Shown here: positions 1 through 12,656 of the stretch, piece after piece
Layout of the letters: each line of letters starts with the position of its first letter
Numbering within the stretch: position 1 is the stretch's first letter
Assembly: GCF_000025945.1 (NCBI RefSeq)
Contig: NC_006138.1
Span: forward strand, 1,260,001 to 1,292,000
Length of the DNA stretch: 32,000 bases
DNA from: Desulfotalea psychrophila LSv54
Lineage (GTDB): Bacteria; Desulfobacterota; Desulfobulbia; Desulfobulbales; Desulfocapsaceae
Reading direction: 5' to 3'
The notes under the pieces: model-generated
Seen by the model: only the letters and a program-made list of their open reading frames with translations
Databases searched by the model: none
Told to the model about the DNA's origin: nothing
Program-made: the position numbers and the translations under genes

Positions 1-1
1 T

Positions 2-3000
2 GTTTCTCAGCTTCAACGATCTCCGGGACTTTTCTACAGTCATGATAACGGTAAGAGTCACTCTAGTGGAAAGCTATTGTACTCTGCACGTATCATCCCT
101 GTACGTGGTTCTTGGATTGATCTTGAATTTGATATTAAAGATGTTCTGCATGTTCGTATTGATCGCAGAAGAAAGTTTCCTGTAACTACTCTGCTCAAGG
201 CCCTTGGGTACAGTAGTGAAGAGCTCCTCAGAGAGTTTTATCCTCTTGAAAATGTTAAACTTAGCGATGGAAAATACTGGGTGCGTTTTGTAGCAGAGCA
301 CACAGCGGGCCAGCGTTTAGAGTTTGATTTAGTAAACCCTCAAGATGGTGAGATCCTCGCTAAGAAGGGGCGTAAAATTAGCAAGGCCCTCTGTCGCAAG
401 GCTGTCGAAGCTGGCATCGAATTTATCGAGGCTTCCAGTGAGACAATTTTGGGTAAAGTTCTCGCATCCGCTATTACCCTGGCTGGCGCCGAAGAACCTC
501 TCTACCCTTGTAATACAGAAATTACTGAGACCGTATTAGAAAATTTGGCCGAGAATGGTATTAATGAGTTTGAAACCCTTTTTATGGATGGTGTTAACTA
601 CTCTGCATCCTTCAGCCATACCCTCAGGCTTGATAAGGTAATCACTACAGCGGAAGCTCTGTTGGAAATTTACCGTCGTCTGCGTCCGTCATCGCCTCCT
701 ACCCTGGAAATTGCCACGACATTTTTTGAGAATCTGTTCTTTAATCCAGATCTCTACGACCTTTCCGAGGTTGGACGTTATAAGATTAACGCAAAATTAG
801 GTCTCAAAACAGATATTGAGCACCGTGCCCTTACCAGAGATGATATCATTTATGGTGTTCGTTATCTTGTGCGTCTGAAAGACAATCAAGGCGGCATCGA
901 TGATATTGATCATCTTGGTAATCGTCGTGTGCGTACCGTAGGTGAGTTGGTTGAAAATCAGTACCGCATGGGACTGGTTCGTATGGAACGTGCGATCAAA
1001 GAGCGTATGACTCTGCAAGATGTAGAGACCCTTATGCCCCATGATCTTATCAATCCAAAGCCAATTTCAGCTGCAATCAAAGAGTTTTTTGGTACTTCCC
1101 AGCTGTCTCAGTTTATGGATCAGACCAATGCTCTTTCCGAGGTCACCCACAAGAGACGTCTTTCAGCTCTTGGACCCGGCGGTCTTTCTCGCGAGCGAGC
1201 AGGTTTTGAAGTACGTGATGTTCATCCAACCCATTATGGTCGAATTTGTCCGATTGAAACTCCAGAGGGACCAAATATTGGTCTTATTGTTTCTCTCGCC
1301 ACCTACGCCCGGGTAAATCCATATGGTTTTATTGAAACTCCATATCGTAAGGTTGAAAATCGTGTTATTTTAGATGATATTAGATATTTAAGTGCACTTG
1401 AAGAGCAGAAGCAGATTATAGCTCCTGCCCTTGTCGCCCTTGAAGCCGATCACCAGTCCATCTCTGAAGGCAATCTTATTGCCCGTGAAGAGGGTGATGT
1501 TATAACTATAGGTTCGGATAATGTAACCTATATGGATGTTGCTCCGAATCAGATGATCTCGGTGGCAGCCTCTCTTGTCCCATTTCTTGAAAATGATGAT
1601 GCTAACCGGGCCCTGATGGGGTCGAACATGCAACGTCAGGCCGTACCACTTCTTGTTACCGCAGCACCGCTTGTTGGTACAGGCATGGAACGTTATGTAG
1701 CCCGTGATTCTGGTGCCTGTCTGCTCAGTGCTGGCGATGGCGTGGTTGAAGAGGTTGATTCGAATCGGGTCGTTGTGCGTTACGATAAGCCCGGCGTTGA
1801 TGGTTATGATACTGGTGTGGCGGTATATCGTCTTACCAAGTATAAAAAATCTAACCAGAACACCTGTTTTACTCAAACGCCAACCATTCTTCCTGGCCTT
1901 AAGGTGGAGAAGGGAACTCTTCTTGCCGATGGTCCTGGTTGCGAGGCTGGTGAGCTTGCCCTTGGTAAAAATCTTACCGTTGCCTTCATGCCTTGGCGTG
2001 GATTTAACTATGAGGATTCCATCCTTATTAATGAGAGACTCCTTAAGGAAGATGCCTATACCTCTATTCACATTGATGTGTTTGAGACCATGGCCCGGGA
2101 TACCAAGCTTGGTAAGGAAGAGATTACCCGCGATATTCCAAATGTTTCCGAGGATACCCTGCGTAATCTGGATGACTCAGGCATTGTCCGTGTTGGTGCC
2201 GAGATCAAACCGGGTGACACCCTTGTCGGTAAGGTAACTCCAAAAGGAGAGACCGTACTTTCACCGGAAGAGAAGCTCCTGCGAGCAATCTTTGGTGAGA
2301 AGGCACAGGATGTTAAGGATTCAAGCCTTCGTGTTCCACCGGGAGTGACCGGTGTTGTCATTGATGCTAAGGTCTTCTCGCGTAAAGGTGTTGATAAGGA
2401 CGAACGTTCTTTGATGATCGAGGATCTTGAAATTGAGAGACTTGAAGGTGATAAGCGCGATGAGCTTCGCAGTCTGAAAAACGGTGTTTGTCGTGAGCTC
2501 GGTGAGCTTATTGCCGGCAATACTGCTCTAGGGGACATCCTTGATAGCAAAGGTGAGCTTCTGATCTCCTCCGGGGATAAGATCGAGGTAGTTCATGCCA
2601 TTGCCATTGGTTTTCATCGTCTAAAGGATATCGACTTTTCTGGAATGGCAGACTGCACTGATCGGATGGATGCCGCCTACGAGCGTTACCAGAAGCAGGC
2701 AGAGGTTATTGCCCAGCGTTATGATGGTATCATTGAACGTCAGAAGAAGGGTGATGATCTTCCTCCAGGCGTAGTGAAGATGGTGAAGGTTTATGTTGCA
2801 ACCAAACGTAAACTCTCAGTTGGTGATAAGATGGCGGGACGACACGGTAATAAAGGTGTTGTTTCTAGAATCTTGCCAGAAGAGGATATGCCGTACTTTG
2901 CAAATGGTGATACTGTAGATATCGTTCTCAACCCACTGGGTGTACCTTCTCGTATGAACGTTGGTCAGATTCTTGAGGTCCATTTGGGTTTTGCTGCTAA

Positions 3001-3652
3001 AAATCTGGGTGCTCAGCTTGAGAAACTTGCAGAGCAGTATGCTGTGGAAGAGATCAAGGCAAAACTTAGCCGTGTTTATTCAGACAGTGAGTATCACGCT
3101 ATTATTGATGGCAAGACCGATGCCGAGGTAATTGACTGGGCATATCGTCATCGTAAAGGATTGCATATGGCGACACCTGTATTTGATGGTGCCGAGGAAG
3201 CTGAGATTCGTAAATTGCTTATCGAATCAGGTGTTGATAAGGGCGGACAGAGCCAGTTGTATGATGGTCTTACCGGAGAACCCTTTGCCAACCTTGTTAC
3301 CGTTGGTGTGATGTATATGTTGAAACTCCATCACTTGGTAGATAACAAGATTCACGCTCGTTCGACTGGTCCATACTCCCTTGTTACCCAGCAACCGCTC
3401 GGTGGTAAGGCTCAGTTTGGTGGTCAGCGTCTGGGTGAGATGGAGGTCTGGGCAATGGAGGCATATGGTGCCGCCTATACCTTGAAAGAATTTTTGACTG
3501 TTAAATCTGATGATGTGGAAGGCCGTACAACCATGTATGAGCGCATCGTCAAAGGAAACAATTTCCTGACAACTGGTTTACCAGAATCGTTCCACGTTCT
3601 TGTGAAAGAGCTGCAAGGACTTTGCTTGAATATGGAACTAATCGAAGAATAG
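2..3652 (+). CDS. rpoB: DNA-directed RNA polymerase subunit beta (5' end outside window)
   Basis: The frame is open from the window edge (phase of nt 2) to TAG 3650-3652. The translation carries beta hallmarks: [64 protein letters not shown]. The TTG-77 start in the ORF track is an artefact, because the N-terminal residues lie upstream of the window. Confidence 0.98.
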   Translation, partial: VSQLQRSPGLFYSHDNGKSHSSGKLLYSARIIPVRGSWIDLEFDIKDVLHVRIDRRRKFPVTTLLKALGYSSEELLREFYPLENVKLSDGKYWVRFVAEHTAGQRLEFDLVNPQDGEILAKKGRKISKALCRKAVEAGIEFIEASSETILGKVLASAITLAGAEEPLYPCNTEITETVLENLAENGINEFETLFMDGVNYSASFSHTLRLDKVITTAEALLEIYRRLRPSSPPTLEIATTFFENLFFNPDLYDLSEVGRYKINAKLGLKTDIEHRALTRDDIIYGVRYLVRLKDNQGGIDDIDHLGNRRVRTVGELVENQYRMGLVRMERAIKERMTLQDVETLMPHDLINPKPISAAIKEFFGTSQLSQFMDQTNALSEVTHKRRLSALGPGGLSRERAGFEVRDVHPTHYGRICPIETPEGPNIGLIVSLATYARVNPYGFIETPYRKVENRVILDDIRYLSALEEQKQIIAPALVALEADHQSISEGNLIAREEGDVITIGSDNVTYMDVAPNQMISVAASLVPFLENDDANRALMGSNMQRQAVPLLVTAAPLVGTGMERYVARDSGACLLSAGDGVVEEVDSNRVVVRYDKPGVDGYDTGVAVYRLTKYKKSNQNTCFTQTPTILPGLKVEKGTLLADGPGCEAGELALGKNLTVAFMPWRGFNYEDSILINERLLKEDAYTSIHIDVFETMARDTKLGKEEITRDIPNVSEDTLRNLDDSGIVRVGAEIKPGDTLVGKVTPKGETVLSPEEKLLRAIFGEKAQDVKDSSLRVPPGVTGVVIDAKVFSRKGVDKDERSLMIEDLEIERLEGDKRDELRSLKNGVCRELGELIAGNTALGDILDSKGELLISSGDKIEVVHAIAIGFHRLKDIDFSGMADCTDRMDAAYERYQKQAEVIAQRYDGIIERQKKGDDLPPGVVKMVKVYVATKRKLSVGDKMAGRHGNKGVVSRILPEEDMPYFANGDTVDIVLNPLGVPSRMNVGQILEVHLGFAAKNLGAQLEKLAEQYAVEEIKAKLSRVYSDSEYHAIIDGKTDAEVIDWAYRHRKGLHMATPVFDGAEEAEIRKLLIESGVDKGGQSQLYDGLTGEPFANLVTVGVMYMLKLHHLVDNKIHARSTGPYSLVTQQPLGGKAQFGGQRLGEMEVWAMEAYGAAYTLKEFLTVKSDDVEGRTTMYERIVKGNNFLTTGLPESFHVLVKELQGLCLNMELIEE

Positions 3653-3668
3653 AAAAATCAGTTACTGA

Positions 3669-3700
3669 CTCGGGCAGGTTTTGCAAAAGACCTGCCCGGG
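3669..3700 (+). promoter_or_regulatory. Strong RNA hairpin with a GCAA (GNRA) tetraloop in the rpoB-rpoC spacer; no U-tract
   Basis: The arm cgggcaggt (3671-3679) pairs perfectly with acctgcccg (3690-3698). Flanking pairs and wobbles extend the stem to about 14 bp around the loop gcaa (3683-3686). The sequence after it is ggctctgatc, not a T-run. Confidence 0.6.
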
Positions 3701-3773
3701 CTCTGATCTCTTCAAAGTCTGTGGTACTTATGTGTGCCCGACAAATCCTACAACATGTAGAAGAGGTGATTTA

Positions 3774-6700
3774 GTGGAAGAGTTATTTAATTTTTTTCAA
3801 AAGCCGAAAGGACCAGTAAAATTCAATAAGGTTAAGATCTCTCTTGCTTCGCCAGAGCAGATTATCGACTGGTCACATGGCGAGGTTAAAAAGCCTGAGA
3901 CGATTAATTATAGAACATTCAAGCCGGAAAGAGATGGTCTCTTCTGTGCAAAAGTTTTTGGTCCTGTAAAAGACTTTGAATGTAATTGTGGAAAATATAA
4001 GCGCATGAAGCACAGAGGCGTTGTCTGTGAAAAATGCGGTGTTGAGGTTATTCAGTCCAAGGTACGACGTGAGCGACTCGGTCACATCAGTCTTGCCGCA
4101 CCTGTAGCCCATATATGGTTTCTCAAGAGTTTGCCCAGTAAGATTGGTGCCGTTCTTGATATGACCCTGAAGCAACTGGAAAAGGTTCTCTACTTCGAGA
4201 ACTATGCAGTTACTCAATCCGAGGTTGAAGAGTTGCCTCTCGGCACCCTTCTTACCGAAGAAAAATATCGTCAGGCCTTAAGCGAATACCCCGCTCAATT
4301 TAAAGTGGGTATCGGTGCAGAGGCTATTCGTGAACTTCTTGCGGCCCAAGATCTCATTGGACTCTCTCGAGTTTTACGAGAAGAGATGGCTAGCACCAGT
4401 TCACAGACCAAGCGGCAAAAACTTGGTAAGCGACTCTTTGTTATCGAGGCTTTCCGTGATTCAGGTAATAAGCCTGAGTGGATGATTCTTCAGGTGATCC
4501 CCGTGTTGCCACCGGATCTTCGTCCTCTTGTGCCTCTGGAAGGTGGACGTTTTGCCACCTCTGATCTTAATGATCTTTATCGTCGGGTAATTAACCGTAA
4601 TAACCGACTGAAGAGACTCTTAGAGCTCGATGCGCCTGATATTATTATCCGCAACGAGAAGAGAATGTTGCAGGAATCTGTGGACGTACTCTTTGATAAT
4701 GGTCGTCGTGGTCGAGTGATTACCGGTGCCAATAAGCGTCCTCTGAAATCTCTTTCAGATATGCTTAAGGGTAAGCAGGGACGTTTTCGTCAAAATCTCC
4801 TCGGTAAGCGTGTTGATTATTCCGGTCGTTCCGTAATTGTTGTAGGACCGCATTTGCGTCTGCATCAGTGTGGTATTCCAAAGAAAATGGCACTTGAGCT
4901 TTTCAAGCCATTTATCTATAACCGTCTCGAGCGCAAAGGTCTTGTTACCACGATCAAGAGTGCCCGTAAGATGGTTGAAAAGGGTGCCAAGGAAGTATGG
5001 GATGTGCTCGAAGAGGTGGTAACAGAGTATCCTGTTATCCTCAACCGCGCGCCGACCCTGCATAGACTCGGTATGCAGGCATTTGAAGCGGTACTGATTG
5101 AGGGTAAGGCTATTCGTCTTCACCCACTTGTCTGTATGGCCTTTAATGCTGATTTTGATGGTGATCAGATGGCAGTTCACGTACCTCTCTCTGTGGAAGC
5201 ACAGGTTGAAGCTCGTGTACTGATGATGTCTACCAATAATATCCTCTCTCCTGCAAACGGCGAGCCGGTTATTATCCCATCTCAGGATATCGTTCTCGGT
5301 CTCTACTATATGACCCGAGAGAGAATTAATGTGAAGGGTGAAGGACGGGTATTCTCCTCCGTGGATGAGGCAATTATCTCCTACGATTATAAGGAGACCG
5401 ACCTGCAGGCTAAGGTTAAGGTTCGTCGTCCAGAGGGTATTGTTGACACCACCATGGGACGTATTATCCTTGGAGAGTTGGTGCCAAAGTCTGTACCTTT
5501 TGTCGAGGTGAATAAGGTAATGAGCAAGAAGGCCCTGGCGGCTCTTATTGATTATACCTACCGTCACGCAGGTACCAAAGATACTGTTATCTTAGCCGAT
5601 AGACTTAAAGATACCGGTTATGAGTATGCAACACGTGCCGGTATCTCCATCTGTATTGATGATATGAAGATCCCTGCTACTAAAGTGGGATTGGTCAAGA
5701 AAGGAGAAGACGAGGTACTGGATGTAGAGCAACAGTACTCCGATGGTCTTATCACCGCTGGTGAGAAGTACAATAAGGTCATTGATATCTGGTCTAAAGT
5801 CTCAGAGGATGTTGCTAATGAGATGATGGATGAGATTAAGACGGAGACCTTTGAAGACAAGGATGGTAATCTTGTTGAGGGGCCAAGTTTTAACTCTATC
5901 TTTGTTATGGCAGATTCTGGAGCAAGGGGTTCGCGTGATCAGATTCGTCAGTTGGCCGGTATGCGTGGTCTGATGGCAAAACCATCGGGCGCGATTATCG
6001 AGACTCCTATTAAGGCGAACTTCCGTGAAGGACTTGATGTACTTGAGTACTTTATCTCCACTCACGGTGCTCGTAAAGGTCTTGCCGATACCGCACTTAA
6101 AACTGCAAACTCTGGTTATCTCACCCGTCGTCTGGTTGATGTTGCTCAGGAAGCTACCATTGTCGAGGCTGATTGTCAGACCCTTGATGGTATTGTTGCA
6201 GAGCCCCTTCTCGATGGTGGTGAAGTTCTTGTACCACTGGGAGATCGTATTCTCGGTCGTGTTGCCCTTGAGGACGTTGTTGATCCGTTTACCGGTGAAG
6301 TTCTTGTGGTTGCAGGCGAGCAGATGGAAGAGGATAAGGTTGCCATTCTCGAAGAGGCAGGCATTGACAGGGTCATGATTCGTTCTGTTTTGACTTGTCG
6401 TTCTAAGCGCGGTGTATGTGCGGCCTGTTACGGCCGTGATCTTGGCCGTGGTCACCTTATTAACCAGGGTGAGGCTGTAGGTGTTATTGCCGCACAATCA
6501 ATTGGTGAGCCCGGCACACAGCTTACCATGCGTACCTTCCATATTGGTGGTACTGCGAGTCGTTCTGTTGAACAGGCAGAGATTCGTACCCATCGAGGTG
6601 GTAAGGTTGCCTTTAATAATCTCCACTATGTTGAGAATTCAAGTGGTGTGAAGATTGTTATGAACCGTAATGCCGAGATCTTTGTCAAAGATGAGTTCGG

Positions 6701-7823
6701 TCGTGACCGTGAGAAGTTTAAGGTTAACTACGGTGCTCAGGTTCTGGTTAAGGAAGGCGAAGATATAGAGCGCGATACCGTTCTGGCCGATTGGGATGCC
6801 TATACTATTCCAATTGTGGCAGAGGTTGGTGGTATTATTCGTTACGGCGATATCTTTAACGGTATTACCATGCAAGAGAAGGTGGATCCAGTAACCGGAA
6901 AGTCCTCCATGGTTATTGTTCACTCTGCAGGTGGTGTGACTCTCAATCCACGCATTAGCGTGAAGAATGATCGTGGCAAAACCTTGAAATTGCCGGACTC
7001 TGAGGGCTTTGCTCGCTACAGTCTTCCTGTCGGGTCTCTTATCTCTGTTGAAGAGGGAGCTGAGATTAAGGCGGGTACTATCGTGGGTAAGATTCCTCGT
7101 GAGACCTCGAAGACTAAGGATATTACAGGTGGTCTTCCACGTGTTGCTGAGCTTTTTGAGGTGCGCAAGCCTAAGGATCCTGCTATCATTGCTAGAATTG
7201 ATGGCAAGGTTAGCTTTGGCAAGGAACTCAAGGGCAAGAGACGCGTTGTGGTGACCCCTGAGTACGGTGAGCAGCAAGAGTACCTTGTACCTAAGGCAAA
7301 GCATATTATCGTTCATGAAGGCGATTACGTGCAGGCTGGTGAGCCTCTCATGGAAGGTACCATTGTACCAAATGATATCTTGAGTGTGCTTGGTGTTAAG
7401 GCACTGGCAAAATTCCTGGTGGATGAGATCCAAGAGGTGTATCGTCTCCAGGGTGTAAAAATTAATGACAAACATATTGAAGTTATTGTGCGTCAGATGC
7501 TCAAACGGGTACATATCACTCGAGCCAATGATTCTAAGTTTATGATTGGTGAGAATGTAGAGTGGTGGAAGTTTGAGGAAGAGAGAGATCGTCTTCTTGC
7601 CGAAGGAAAGAAACCTGGTGCTGCCGAGCCGTTATTGCTTGGTGTCACAAAGGCTTCACTTTCCACAGAAAGTTTTATTTCTGCGGCATCTTTCCAAGAG
7701 ACTACCAAGGTATTGACCAACGCAGCTATGTCTGGGCGGGTTGATGAGTTGCTAGGATTGAAAGAAAATGTTATTATGGGACGTTTGATTTCTGCGGGTA
7801 CAGGTATTAATAGGGTCGATTAA
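3774..7823 (+). CDS. rpoC: DNA-directed RNA polymerase subunit beta'
   Basis: GTG 3774 lies 5 nt after AAGAGGTG (3761-3768). The N-terminus [44 protein letters not shown] aligns with the start of bacterial beta'. A Zn-finger [16 protein letters not shown] and the catalytic motif [12 protein letters not shown] are present. Length is 1349 aa. The upstream ORF extension to TTG 3681 runs through the hairpin and has no homology. Confidence 0.96.
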   Translation: MEELFNFFQKPKGPVKFNKVKISLASPEQIIDWSHGEVKKPETINYRTFKPERDGLFCAKVFGPVKDFECNCGKYKRMKHRGVVCEKCGVEVIQSKVRRERLGHISLAAPVAHIWFLKSLPSKIGAVLDMTLKQLEKVLYFENYAVTQSEVEELPLGTLLTEEKYRQALSEYPAQFKVGIGAEAIRELLAAQDLIGLSRVLREEMASTSSQTKRQKLGKRLFVIEAFRDSGNKPEWMILQVIPVLPPDLRPLVPLEGGRFATSDLNDLYRRVINRNNRLKRLLELDAPDIIIRNEKRMLQESVDVLFDNGRRGRVITGANKRPLKSLSDMLKGKQGRFRQNLLGKRVDYSGRSVIVVGPHLRLHQCGIPKKMALELFKPFIYNRLERKGLVTTIKSARKMVEKGAKEVWDVLEEVVTEYPVILNRAPTLHRLGMQAFEAVLIEGKAIRLHPLVCMAFNADFDGDQMAVHVPLSVEAQVEARVLMMSTNNILSPANGEPVIIPSQDIVLGLYYMTRERINVKGEGRVFSSVDEAIISYDYKETDLQAKVKVRRPEGIVDTTMGRIILGELVPKSVPFVEVNKVMSKKALAALIDYTYRHAGTKDTVILADRLKDTGYEYATRAGISICIDDMKIPATKVGLVKKGEDEVLDVEQQYSDGLITAGEKYNKVIDIWSKVSEDVANEMMDEIKTETFEDKDGNLVEGPSFNSIFVMADSGARGSRDQIRQLAGMRGLMAKPSGAIIETPIKANFREGLDVLEYFISTHGARKGLADTALKTANSGYLTRRLVDVAQEATIVEADCQTLDGIVAEPLLDGGEVLVPLGDRILGRVALEDVVDPFTGEVLVVAGEQMEEDKVAILEEAGIDRVMIRSVLTCRSKRGVCAACYGRDLGRGHLINQGEAVGVIAAQSIGEPGTQLTMRTFHIGGTASRSVEQAEIRTHRGGKVAFNNLHYVENSSGVKIVMNRNAEIFVKDEFGRDREKFKVNYGAQVLVKEGEDIERDTVLADWDAYTIPIVAEVGGIIRYGDIFNGITMQEKVDPVTGKSSMVIVHSAGGVTLNPRISVKNDRGKTLKLPDSEGFARYSLPVGSLISVEEGAEIKAGTIVGKIPRETSKTKDITGGLPRVAELFEVRKPKDPAIIARIDGKVSFGKELKGKRRVVVTPEYGEQQEYLVPKAKHIIVHEGDYVQAGEPLMEGTIVPNDILSVLGVKALAKFLVDEIQEVYRLQGVKINDKHIEVIVRQMLKRVHITRANDSKFMIGENVEWWKFEEERDRLLAEGKKPGAAEPLLLGVTKASLSTESFISAASFQETTKVLTNAAMSGRVDELLGLKENVIMGRLISAGTGINRVD

Positions 7824-7858
7824 GATCGCCTGTATTTGCTGTTTTTGTTGTTTTAAGC

Positions 7859-7887
7859 TTGACACTGCGGCGACGTTAGGGTAAAAA
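7859..7887 (+). promoter_or_regulatory. Candidate sigma70-type promoter upstream of rpsL
   Basis: TTGACA (7859-7864), a 17-nt spacer, then TAAAAA (7882-7887), inside the 243-nt rpoC-rpsL spacer. This rests on sequence match only. Confidence 0.3.
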
Positions 7888-8066
7888 ACTCTACTTTCGT
7901 GCATTATACGTATCGAACTTTGCCAAGGTGTCAAGGCACTTTGTTTATATGAAAGTATGGAACTTTTTTATATGAACGCTGGTTTATTTTTAAAAGTTTC
8001 GTACTTGGTTGTTCTCGGTTTCCGAGGATAAAAGTTTATAGTTGAGTAAAACAGGAGTGGTGGAGC

Positions 8067-8441
8067 ATGCCAACAATTAACCAACTTGTAAGACAAGGGC
8101 GTAAAAAGTCTGTTAAGAAGACTAATACCCCGGCTCTTAAGGGATGTCCTCAAAAGCGAGGCGTTTGCGTAAGAGTTTATACAACTACACCAAAGAAGCC
8201 AAACTCCGCTCTCCGTAAGGTAGCAAGAGTAAGGTTGACCAATGGTATAGAAGTTACTTCATATATCCCCGGTATTGGACATAATCTTCAGGAACACTCT
8301 GTTGTTATGATTCGTGGCGGCAGGGTTAAGGATTTACCAGGTGTTCGTTATCACGTTATTCGTGGTACTTTGGATACATTGGGAGTTTCCGATCGTCGTC
8401 AAGGACGTTCTAAGTATGGAGCAAAGAAACCGTCTAAGTGA
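8067..8441 (+). CDS. rpsL: 30S ribosomal protein S12
   Basis: [14 protein letters not shown]...[19 protein letters not shown] is a canonical S12 sequence, 124 aa. GGAG-type SD upstream (caggagtggtggagc). Confidence 0.98.
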   Translation: MPTINQLVRQGRKKSVKKTNTPALKGCPQKRGVCVRVYTTTPKKPNSALRKVARVRLTNGIEVTSYIPGIGHNLQEHSVVMIRGGRVKDLPGVRYHVIRGTLDTLGVSDRRQGRSKYGAKKPSK

Positions 8442-8462
8442 TGCCGGTTTGAGGGATAAAAT

Positions 8463-8936
8463 ATGTCACGTAGAAAAACTATAGAAAAACGTCCGGTTAC
8501 CCCAGATCCTCGTTTCAATAGTGTCTTGGTTGCAAAGTTTACCAATGGCCTTATGGAACGTGGCAAGAAGAGTCTTGCTCAGCGTATCTTTTATGATGCG
8601 ATGGATCTTGTAGCTGATCGTATGAAAGACGAAGAGCCTTTGACAGTATTCGAAGAGGCCATGGAAAAAGTTCGTCCACGCGTTGAGGTTAAGTCTCGTC
8701 GTGTTGGTGGTGCAACTTACCAGGTGCCTATGGAAATTCGTCAAGCTCGTCGTAATGCTCTTGCTATTCGCTGGATTATTAGCTATGCAAAGTCTCGTTC
8801 AGGGAAGTGCATGTCTGAAAAGCTTGCTTCAGAAGTGATGGATGCTTTTAATAATCGTGGCGCTGCTGTGAAGAAGCGTGATGATACTCACCGTATGGCT
8901 GAGGCTAATAAGGCATTCGCTCATTATCGTTGGTAA
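8463..8936 (+). CDS. rpsG: 30S ribosomal protein S7
   Basis: [20 protein letters not shown]...[13 protein letters not shown], 157 aa, with the canonical S7 C-terminus. Confidence 0.98.
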   Translation: MSRRKTIEKRPVTPDPRFNSVLVAKFTNGLMERGKKSLAQRIFYDAMDLVADRMKDEEPLTVFEEAMEKVRPRVEVKSRRVGGATYQVPMEIRQARRNALAIRWIISYAKSRSGKCMSEKLASEVMDAFNNRGAAVKKRDDTHRMAEANKAFAHYRW

Positions 8937-8998
8937 GTTTGAGCTAAGCTAGATAAGGGCTGGCGTCAACCTAGTTGAGATTTGTTAAGAGGGAGTTG

Positions 8999-11077
8999 AT
9001 GGTGGCCCAAATAAATTTGAAAGACGTGCGCAATATTGGCATTATGGCCCATATTGACGCAGGTAAGACAACGACAACCGAAAGAATTCTTTACTATACC
9101 GGTCGTTCTCATAAGATTGGTGAGGTTCATGATGGCAACGCCGTTATGGATTGGATGGAGCAGGAACAGGAGAGGGGCATTACGATCACCTCGGCTGCTA
9201 CTACTTGTATCTGGAAGGGAAAGAAAATCAACATAATCGACACGCCTGGGCATGTGGATTTCACTGTTGAGGTTGAGCGCTCTCTTCGAGTGCTTGACGG
9301 AGTTGTTGCTGTTTTCTGTGCCGTGGGAGGTGTTGAGCCTCAGTCTGAGACCGTTTGGCGTCAGGCTAATAAGTATTTTATTCCTCGTGTAGCTTTTATA
9401 AATAAAATGGATCGTGTGGGTGCTGACTTTGATCATTGTCTTGCAATGATAGAGAAACGCCTGAGAGCGAATCCTGTAGCAGTGCAAATTCCGGTTGGTA
9501 GTGAAGCGGAATTTGCAGGTGTAATTGACCTCATTGAAGGAGAGATGTATGCCTTCGATGATGCGACTCTTGGCCAGGAAGTCGAAAGGCGAGAGGTTCC
9601 TACAGAATATAAAGAAAGATTCACGGCCGCACGTATAAGTCTTCTCGAGAAGTTGGCCGACTTCGATGAGGAGCTTATGGAAAAATTCTTAGATGATGAA
9701 CTTATTTCATCGGCTACAATATACAAGGCTTTGCGAAAGGCGACCTTGGCCTTAGAACTTGTTCCTGTTTTTTGCGGGAGTGCTTTTAAGAATAAGGGCG
9801 TTCAACCTTTGCTTGACGGTGTGGTAAATTATTTACCATCTCCTCTTGATGTCAAACCCGTTGAGGGTGTTGACAAGGATGGAGTCGAGGTAAGTCGGAA
9901 GGCTGACCCTAGTGAGAAGTTTGCTGGGTTGGTGTTTAAACTTATGAGTGACTCGTTCGTTGAAAATCTTGCCTTTATCAGAGTTTACTCTGGTACCTTG
10001 AAACAGGGGGATAAAGTTTTTAACCCTATAAAAGGAAAGCAAGAAAAAATTGGTAAGCTGCTTCGGCTGCATGCCAATAAACGAGAGGAAGTTAAGGAAA
10101 TTGTCGCAGGCGATATCGGCGCTGTGGTTGGTTTGAAGTTTACCACCACCGGTGACACCCTATGCGAGAAAGAGGCACAGATCATACTGGAAAGTATGGA
10201 GTTCCCCGATCCTGTTATTGGTGTTGCTATTGAGCCGAGTAGTAAGGCTGATGAAAAGAAGTTGACAGAGTCCTTGGCTAAAATTGCCCTTGAGGATCCT
10301 TCCTTTGTGGTTTCACAAAATGAGGATACCGGGCAGACAATAATTTCAGGAATGGGTGAGCTTCACCTAGAGATTATTGTGTATAGGCTTTTGAATGAAT
10401 TTAAGGTTGCGGCTCGAGTAGGTACTCCTCAAGTTTCTTATAAAGAGAGCATTCAACGGTCACATTCGGCAGAAGGTCTTTTTGAACAACCTACGGGAAG
10501 CAGTAACCAGTTTGCCAAGGTAGTCCTAGAGATAGAGCCTCTTGAGCGTGGTGCTGGTATTGAGTTTGTTTGTGAGGTTGACGAAAAACAAATACCTGCA
10601 GAATTTTTGGGGGCTGTTGAACGAGGTGTTGTCGATAGCTTAGATTCTGGTCCTCTGGTTGGCTATCCCGTGACAGATGTACGGGTAAGGCTTGTCGGTG
10701 GAGCGTATCACGAAGAAGATTCTACCGAGATGGCCTTTGGGGTTTCGGCCTCTATTGCAGTAAGAAAGGCTGCGTCAGAAGCTGATTCGGTTCTGCTTGA
10801 ACCTATAATGTCTCTTGAAGTTATTACTCCTGACGAGTATTTAGGGGATGCTATTGGTGATCTTAACAAGAAGAGAGCCAAGGTGGTTGGAGTAGAGGTA
10901 GAAGGTGATTTACAAAAATTGTTAGCCCATGTGCCACTATCCGAGATGTTTGGTTATTCTACATCTCTTCGGTCAGCGACCCAGGGACGAGCCAATTTTA
11001 CTATGCAGTTTCTTGCATATGACGTAGTGCCGGCGAATAAGGCCGAGACAATTATAAAAAAGATCAGAGGGATTTGA
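8999..11077 (+). CDS. fusA: Elongation factor G
   Basis: G-domain motifs [27 protein letters not shown] and NKMDR are present. ATG 8999 follows AAGAGGGAG, giving 692 aa. GTG 9002 or the TTG 8975 used by the track are alternative starts. Confidence 0.96.
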   Translation: MVAQINLKDVRNIGIMAHIDAGKTTTTERILYYTGRSHKIGEVHDGNAVMDWMEQEQERGITITSAATTCIWKGKKINIIDTPGHVDFTVEVERSLRVLDGVVAVFCAVGGVEPQSETVWRQANKYFIPRVAFINKMDRVGADFDHCLAMIEKRLRANPVAVQIPVGSEAEFAGVIDLIEGEMYAFDDATLGQEVERREVPTEYKERFTAARISLLEKLADFDEELMEKFLDDELISSATIYKALRKATLALELVPVFCGSAFKNKGVQPLLDGVVNYLPSPLDVKPVEGVDKDGVEVSRKADPSEKFAGLVFKLMSDSFVENLAFIRVYSGTLKQGDKVFNPIKGKQEKIGKLLRLHANKREEVKEIVAGDIGAVVGLKFTTTGDTLCEKEAQIILESMEFPDPVIGVAIEPSSKADEKKLTESLAKIALEDPSFVVSQNEDTGQTIISGMGELHLEIIVYRLLNEFKVAARVGTPQVSYKESIQRSHSAEGLFEQPTGSSNQFAKVVLEIEPLERGAGIEFVCEVDEKQIPAEFLGAVERGVVDSLDSGPLVGYPVTDVRVRLVGGAYHEEDSTEMAFGVSASIAVRKAASEADSVLLEPIMSLEVITPDEYLGDAIGDLNKKRAKVVGVEVEGDLQKLLAHVPLSEMFGYSTSLRSATQGRANFTMQFLAYDVVPANKAETIIKKIRGI

Positions 11078-11101
11078 GTCCTAAAATATTGAGAGAACCT
11101 T

Positions 11102-12292
11102 ATGTCAAAAGAAAAATTTGAAAGGACAAAACCGCATGTTAATGTGGGCACCATTGGTCATATTGATCATGGTAAAACCACTTTGACTGCTGCTATTACT
11201 CGCGTATTGTCTACTAAGGGACAGGCCAGCTTCACTGATTTTAGTGATATTGATAAGGCCCCTGAAGAGAAAGAGCGCGGAATTACTATTGCAACCGCTC
11301 ACGTTGAGTATGAGACTGTAAATCGTCACTATGCTCATGTTGACTGTCCTGGTCACGCCGATTATATCAAGAATATGATCACCGGTGCTGCTCAGATGGA
11401 CGGTGCAATTTTGGTTGTTGCTGCAACCGATGGTGCTATGCCTCAGACCCGTGAGCACATTTTGCTTGCTCGTCAGGTTGGTGTACCGGCTATGGTCGTA
11501 TTTCTTAACAAATGCGACATGGTTGATGATGATGAGCTTATTGAGCTCGTTGAGATGGAGCTTCGTGAGCTTCTTGATGATTATGAGTTCCCTGGCGACG
11601 ATGTACCTTTCATTCATGGTTCTGCGCTTCTCGCTCTTGAGAATCCAGAAGATGAAGATAAGGCTGCATGTATCTGGGCGCTTATGGAAGCAATCGATTC
11701 TTACATTCCAGAACCAGAGCGTGATGTAGATCAGCCTTTCCTTATGCCTGTTGAAGATGTCTTCTCTATCTCCGGTCGTGGTACTGTTGCAACCGGTCGT
11801 GTTGAGCGTGGTATTATCAAGGTTGGAGAGGAAGTTGCGATAGTTGGCGTTAAAGATACCGTCAAGACCACCTGTACTGGTGTGGAAATGTTTCGCAAAC
11901 TACTTGACGAAGGCCGTGCTGGTGATAATATTGGTGCTCTCCTTCGTGGTGTTAAGCGCGAAGATATTGAGCGTGGTCAGGTTCTTGCTAAGCCAGGTAC
12001 CATTACACCTCATACCAAGTTTAAAGCAGAGTGCTACATCCTCGGGAAAGACGAGGGTGGACGACATACTCCATTTTTCAATGGTTATCGTCCACAGTTC
12101 TACTTCAGAACCACTGACGTGACTGGTGTTGTAAGTCTCCCAGAGGGAATTGAAATGGTTATGCCTGGTGATAACGTATCGGTTGACGCTACGCTTATTA
12201 CCCCAATCGCGATGGACGCAGGTCTTCGTTTTGCTATCCGTGAGGGTGGTAGAACTGTAGGTGCTGGTGTTATTAGTGAAATTATAGAATAA
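11102..12292 (+). CDS. tuf: Elongation factor Tu
   Basis: [39 protein letters not shown], 396 aa. Confidence 0.99.
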   Translation: MSKEKFERTKPHVNVGTIGHIDHGKTTLTAAITRVLSTKGQASFTDFSDIDKAPEEKERGITIATAHVEYETVNRHYAHVDCPGHADYIKNMITGAAQMDGAILVVAATDGAMPQTREHILLARQVGVPAMVVFLNKCDMVDDDELIELVEMELRELLDDYEFPGDDVPFIHGSALLALENPEDEDKAACIWALMEAIDSYIPEPERDVDQPFLMPVEDVFSISGRGTVATGRVERGIIKVGEEVAIVGVKDTVKTTCTGVEMFRKLLDEGRAGDNIGALLRGVKREDIERGQVLAKPGTITPHTKFKAECYILGKDEGGRHTPFFNGYRPQFYFRTTDVTGVVSLPEGIEMVMPGDNVSVDATLITPIAMDAGLRFAIREGGRTVGAGVISEIIE

Positions 12293-12302
12293 AAGGTGCG
12301 TG

Positions 12303-12617
12303 ATGATACCTACAGAGAAAATTCGTATTCGCTTAAAAGCTTACGATCATAAGCTTCTTGATCAATCTACTTCTGAGATTGTTGAGACTGCAAGAAGGAC
12401 TGGTTCTGCTGTTGTAGGCCCAATCCCTCTTCCAACATCCATTAATAAATTTTGTGTATTGCGCTCTCCTCATGTTAATAAAAAGTCGAGAGAGCAGTTC
12501 GAGATGAGAACCCATCGTCGCCTTCTTGATATATTAGAACCAACTCAGCAGACCATTGATCTGCTTATGAAGCTTGAGTTATCAGCGGGTGTTGATGTTG
12601 AGATTAAACTGCCTTAG
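12303..12617 (+). CDS. rpsJ: 30S ribosomal protein S10
   Basis: [17 protein letters not shown]...[21 protein letters not shown] is typical of S10. The start is ATG 12303, or GTG 12300 one codon earlier. It lies only about 10 nt after the tuf stop, so there is no S10 leader. Confidence 0.96.
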   Translation: MIPTEKIRIRLKAYDHKLLDQSTSEIVETARRTGSAVVGPIPLPTSINKFCVLRSPHVNKKSREQFEMRTHRRLLDILEPTQQTIDLLMKLELSAGVDVEIKLP

Positions 12618-12656
12618 CAGCTGACGCTAAGCAAATAAGAAGTATCGGGTACTGTT

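Noticed and set aside
3681-3773. Upstream extension of rpoC to TTG 3681. Similar track over-extensions affect rplX (17925), rpmC (16945), rplO (21313), secY (21841), infA (24106), rplD (13308), fusA (8975), pyrH (29735) and uppS (31209).
   Set aside because: In every case family homology starts at a downstream ATG or GTG with a proper SD, and the extra codons overlap the preceding gene, a hairpin or SD-less sequence.
6639-7514. Long minus-strand ORFs: 291 aa here; also 29666-30469 (267 aa), 4755-5567 (270 aa), 5802-6497 (231 aa), 1388-2071 (227 aa) and 28980-29657 (225 aa).
   Set aside because: Each lies entirely antisense to a strongly conserved plus-strand gene (rpoC, pyrH, rpoB, tsf). Their translations are low-complexity with no recognisable family motifs and no SD. 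They are typical shadow ORFs.
7944-7976. The 10-nt direct repeat tttatatgaa occurs twice (7944-7953 and 7967-7976), and an 8-bp distant inverted repeat cttgacac/gtgtcaag (7858-7865 and 7927-7934) lies in the rpoC-rpsL spacer.
   Set aside because: These are short AT-rich repeats of a kind expected by chance in AT-rich intergenic DNA. There is no third copy and no recognisable operator consensus, so I cannot support a function.
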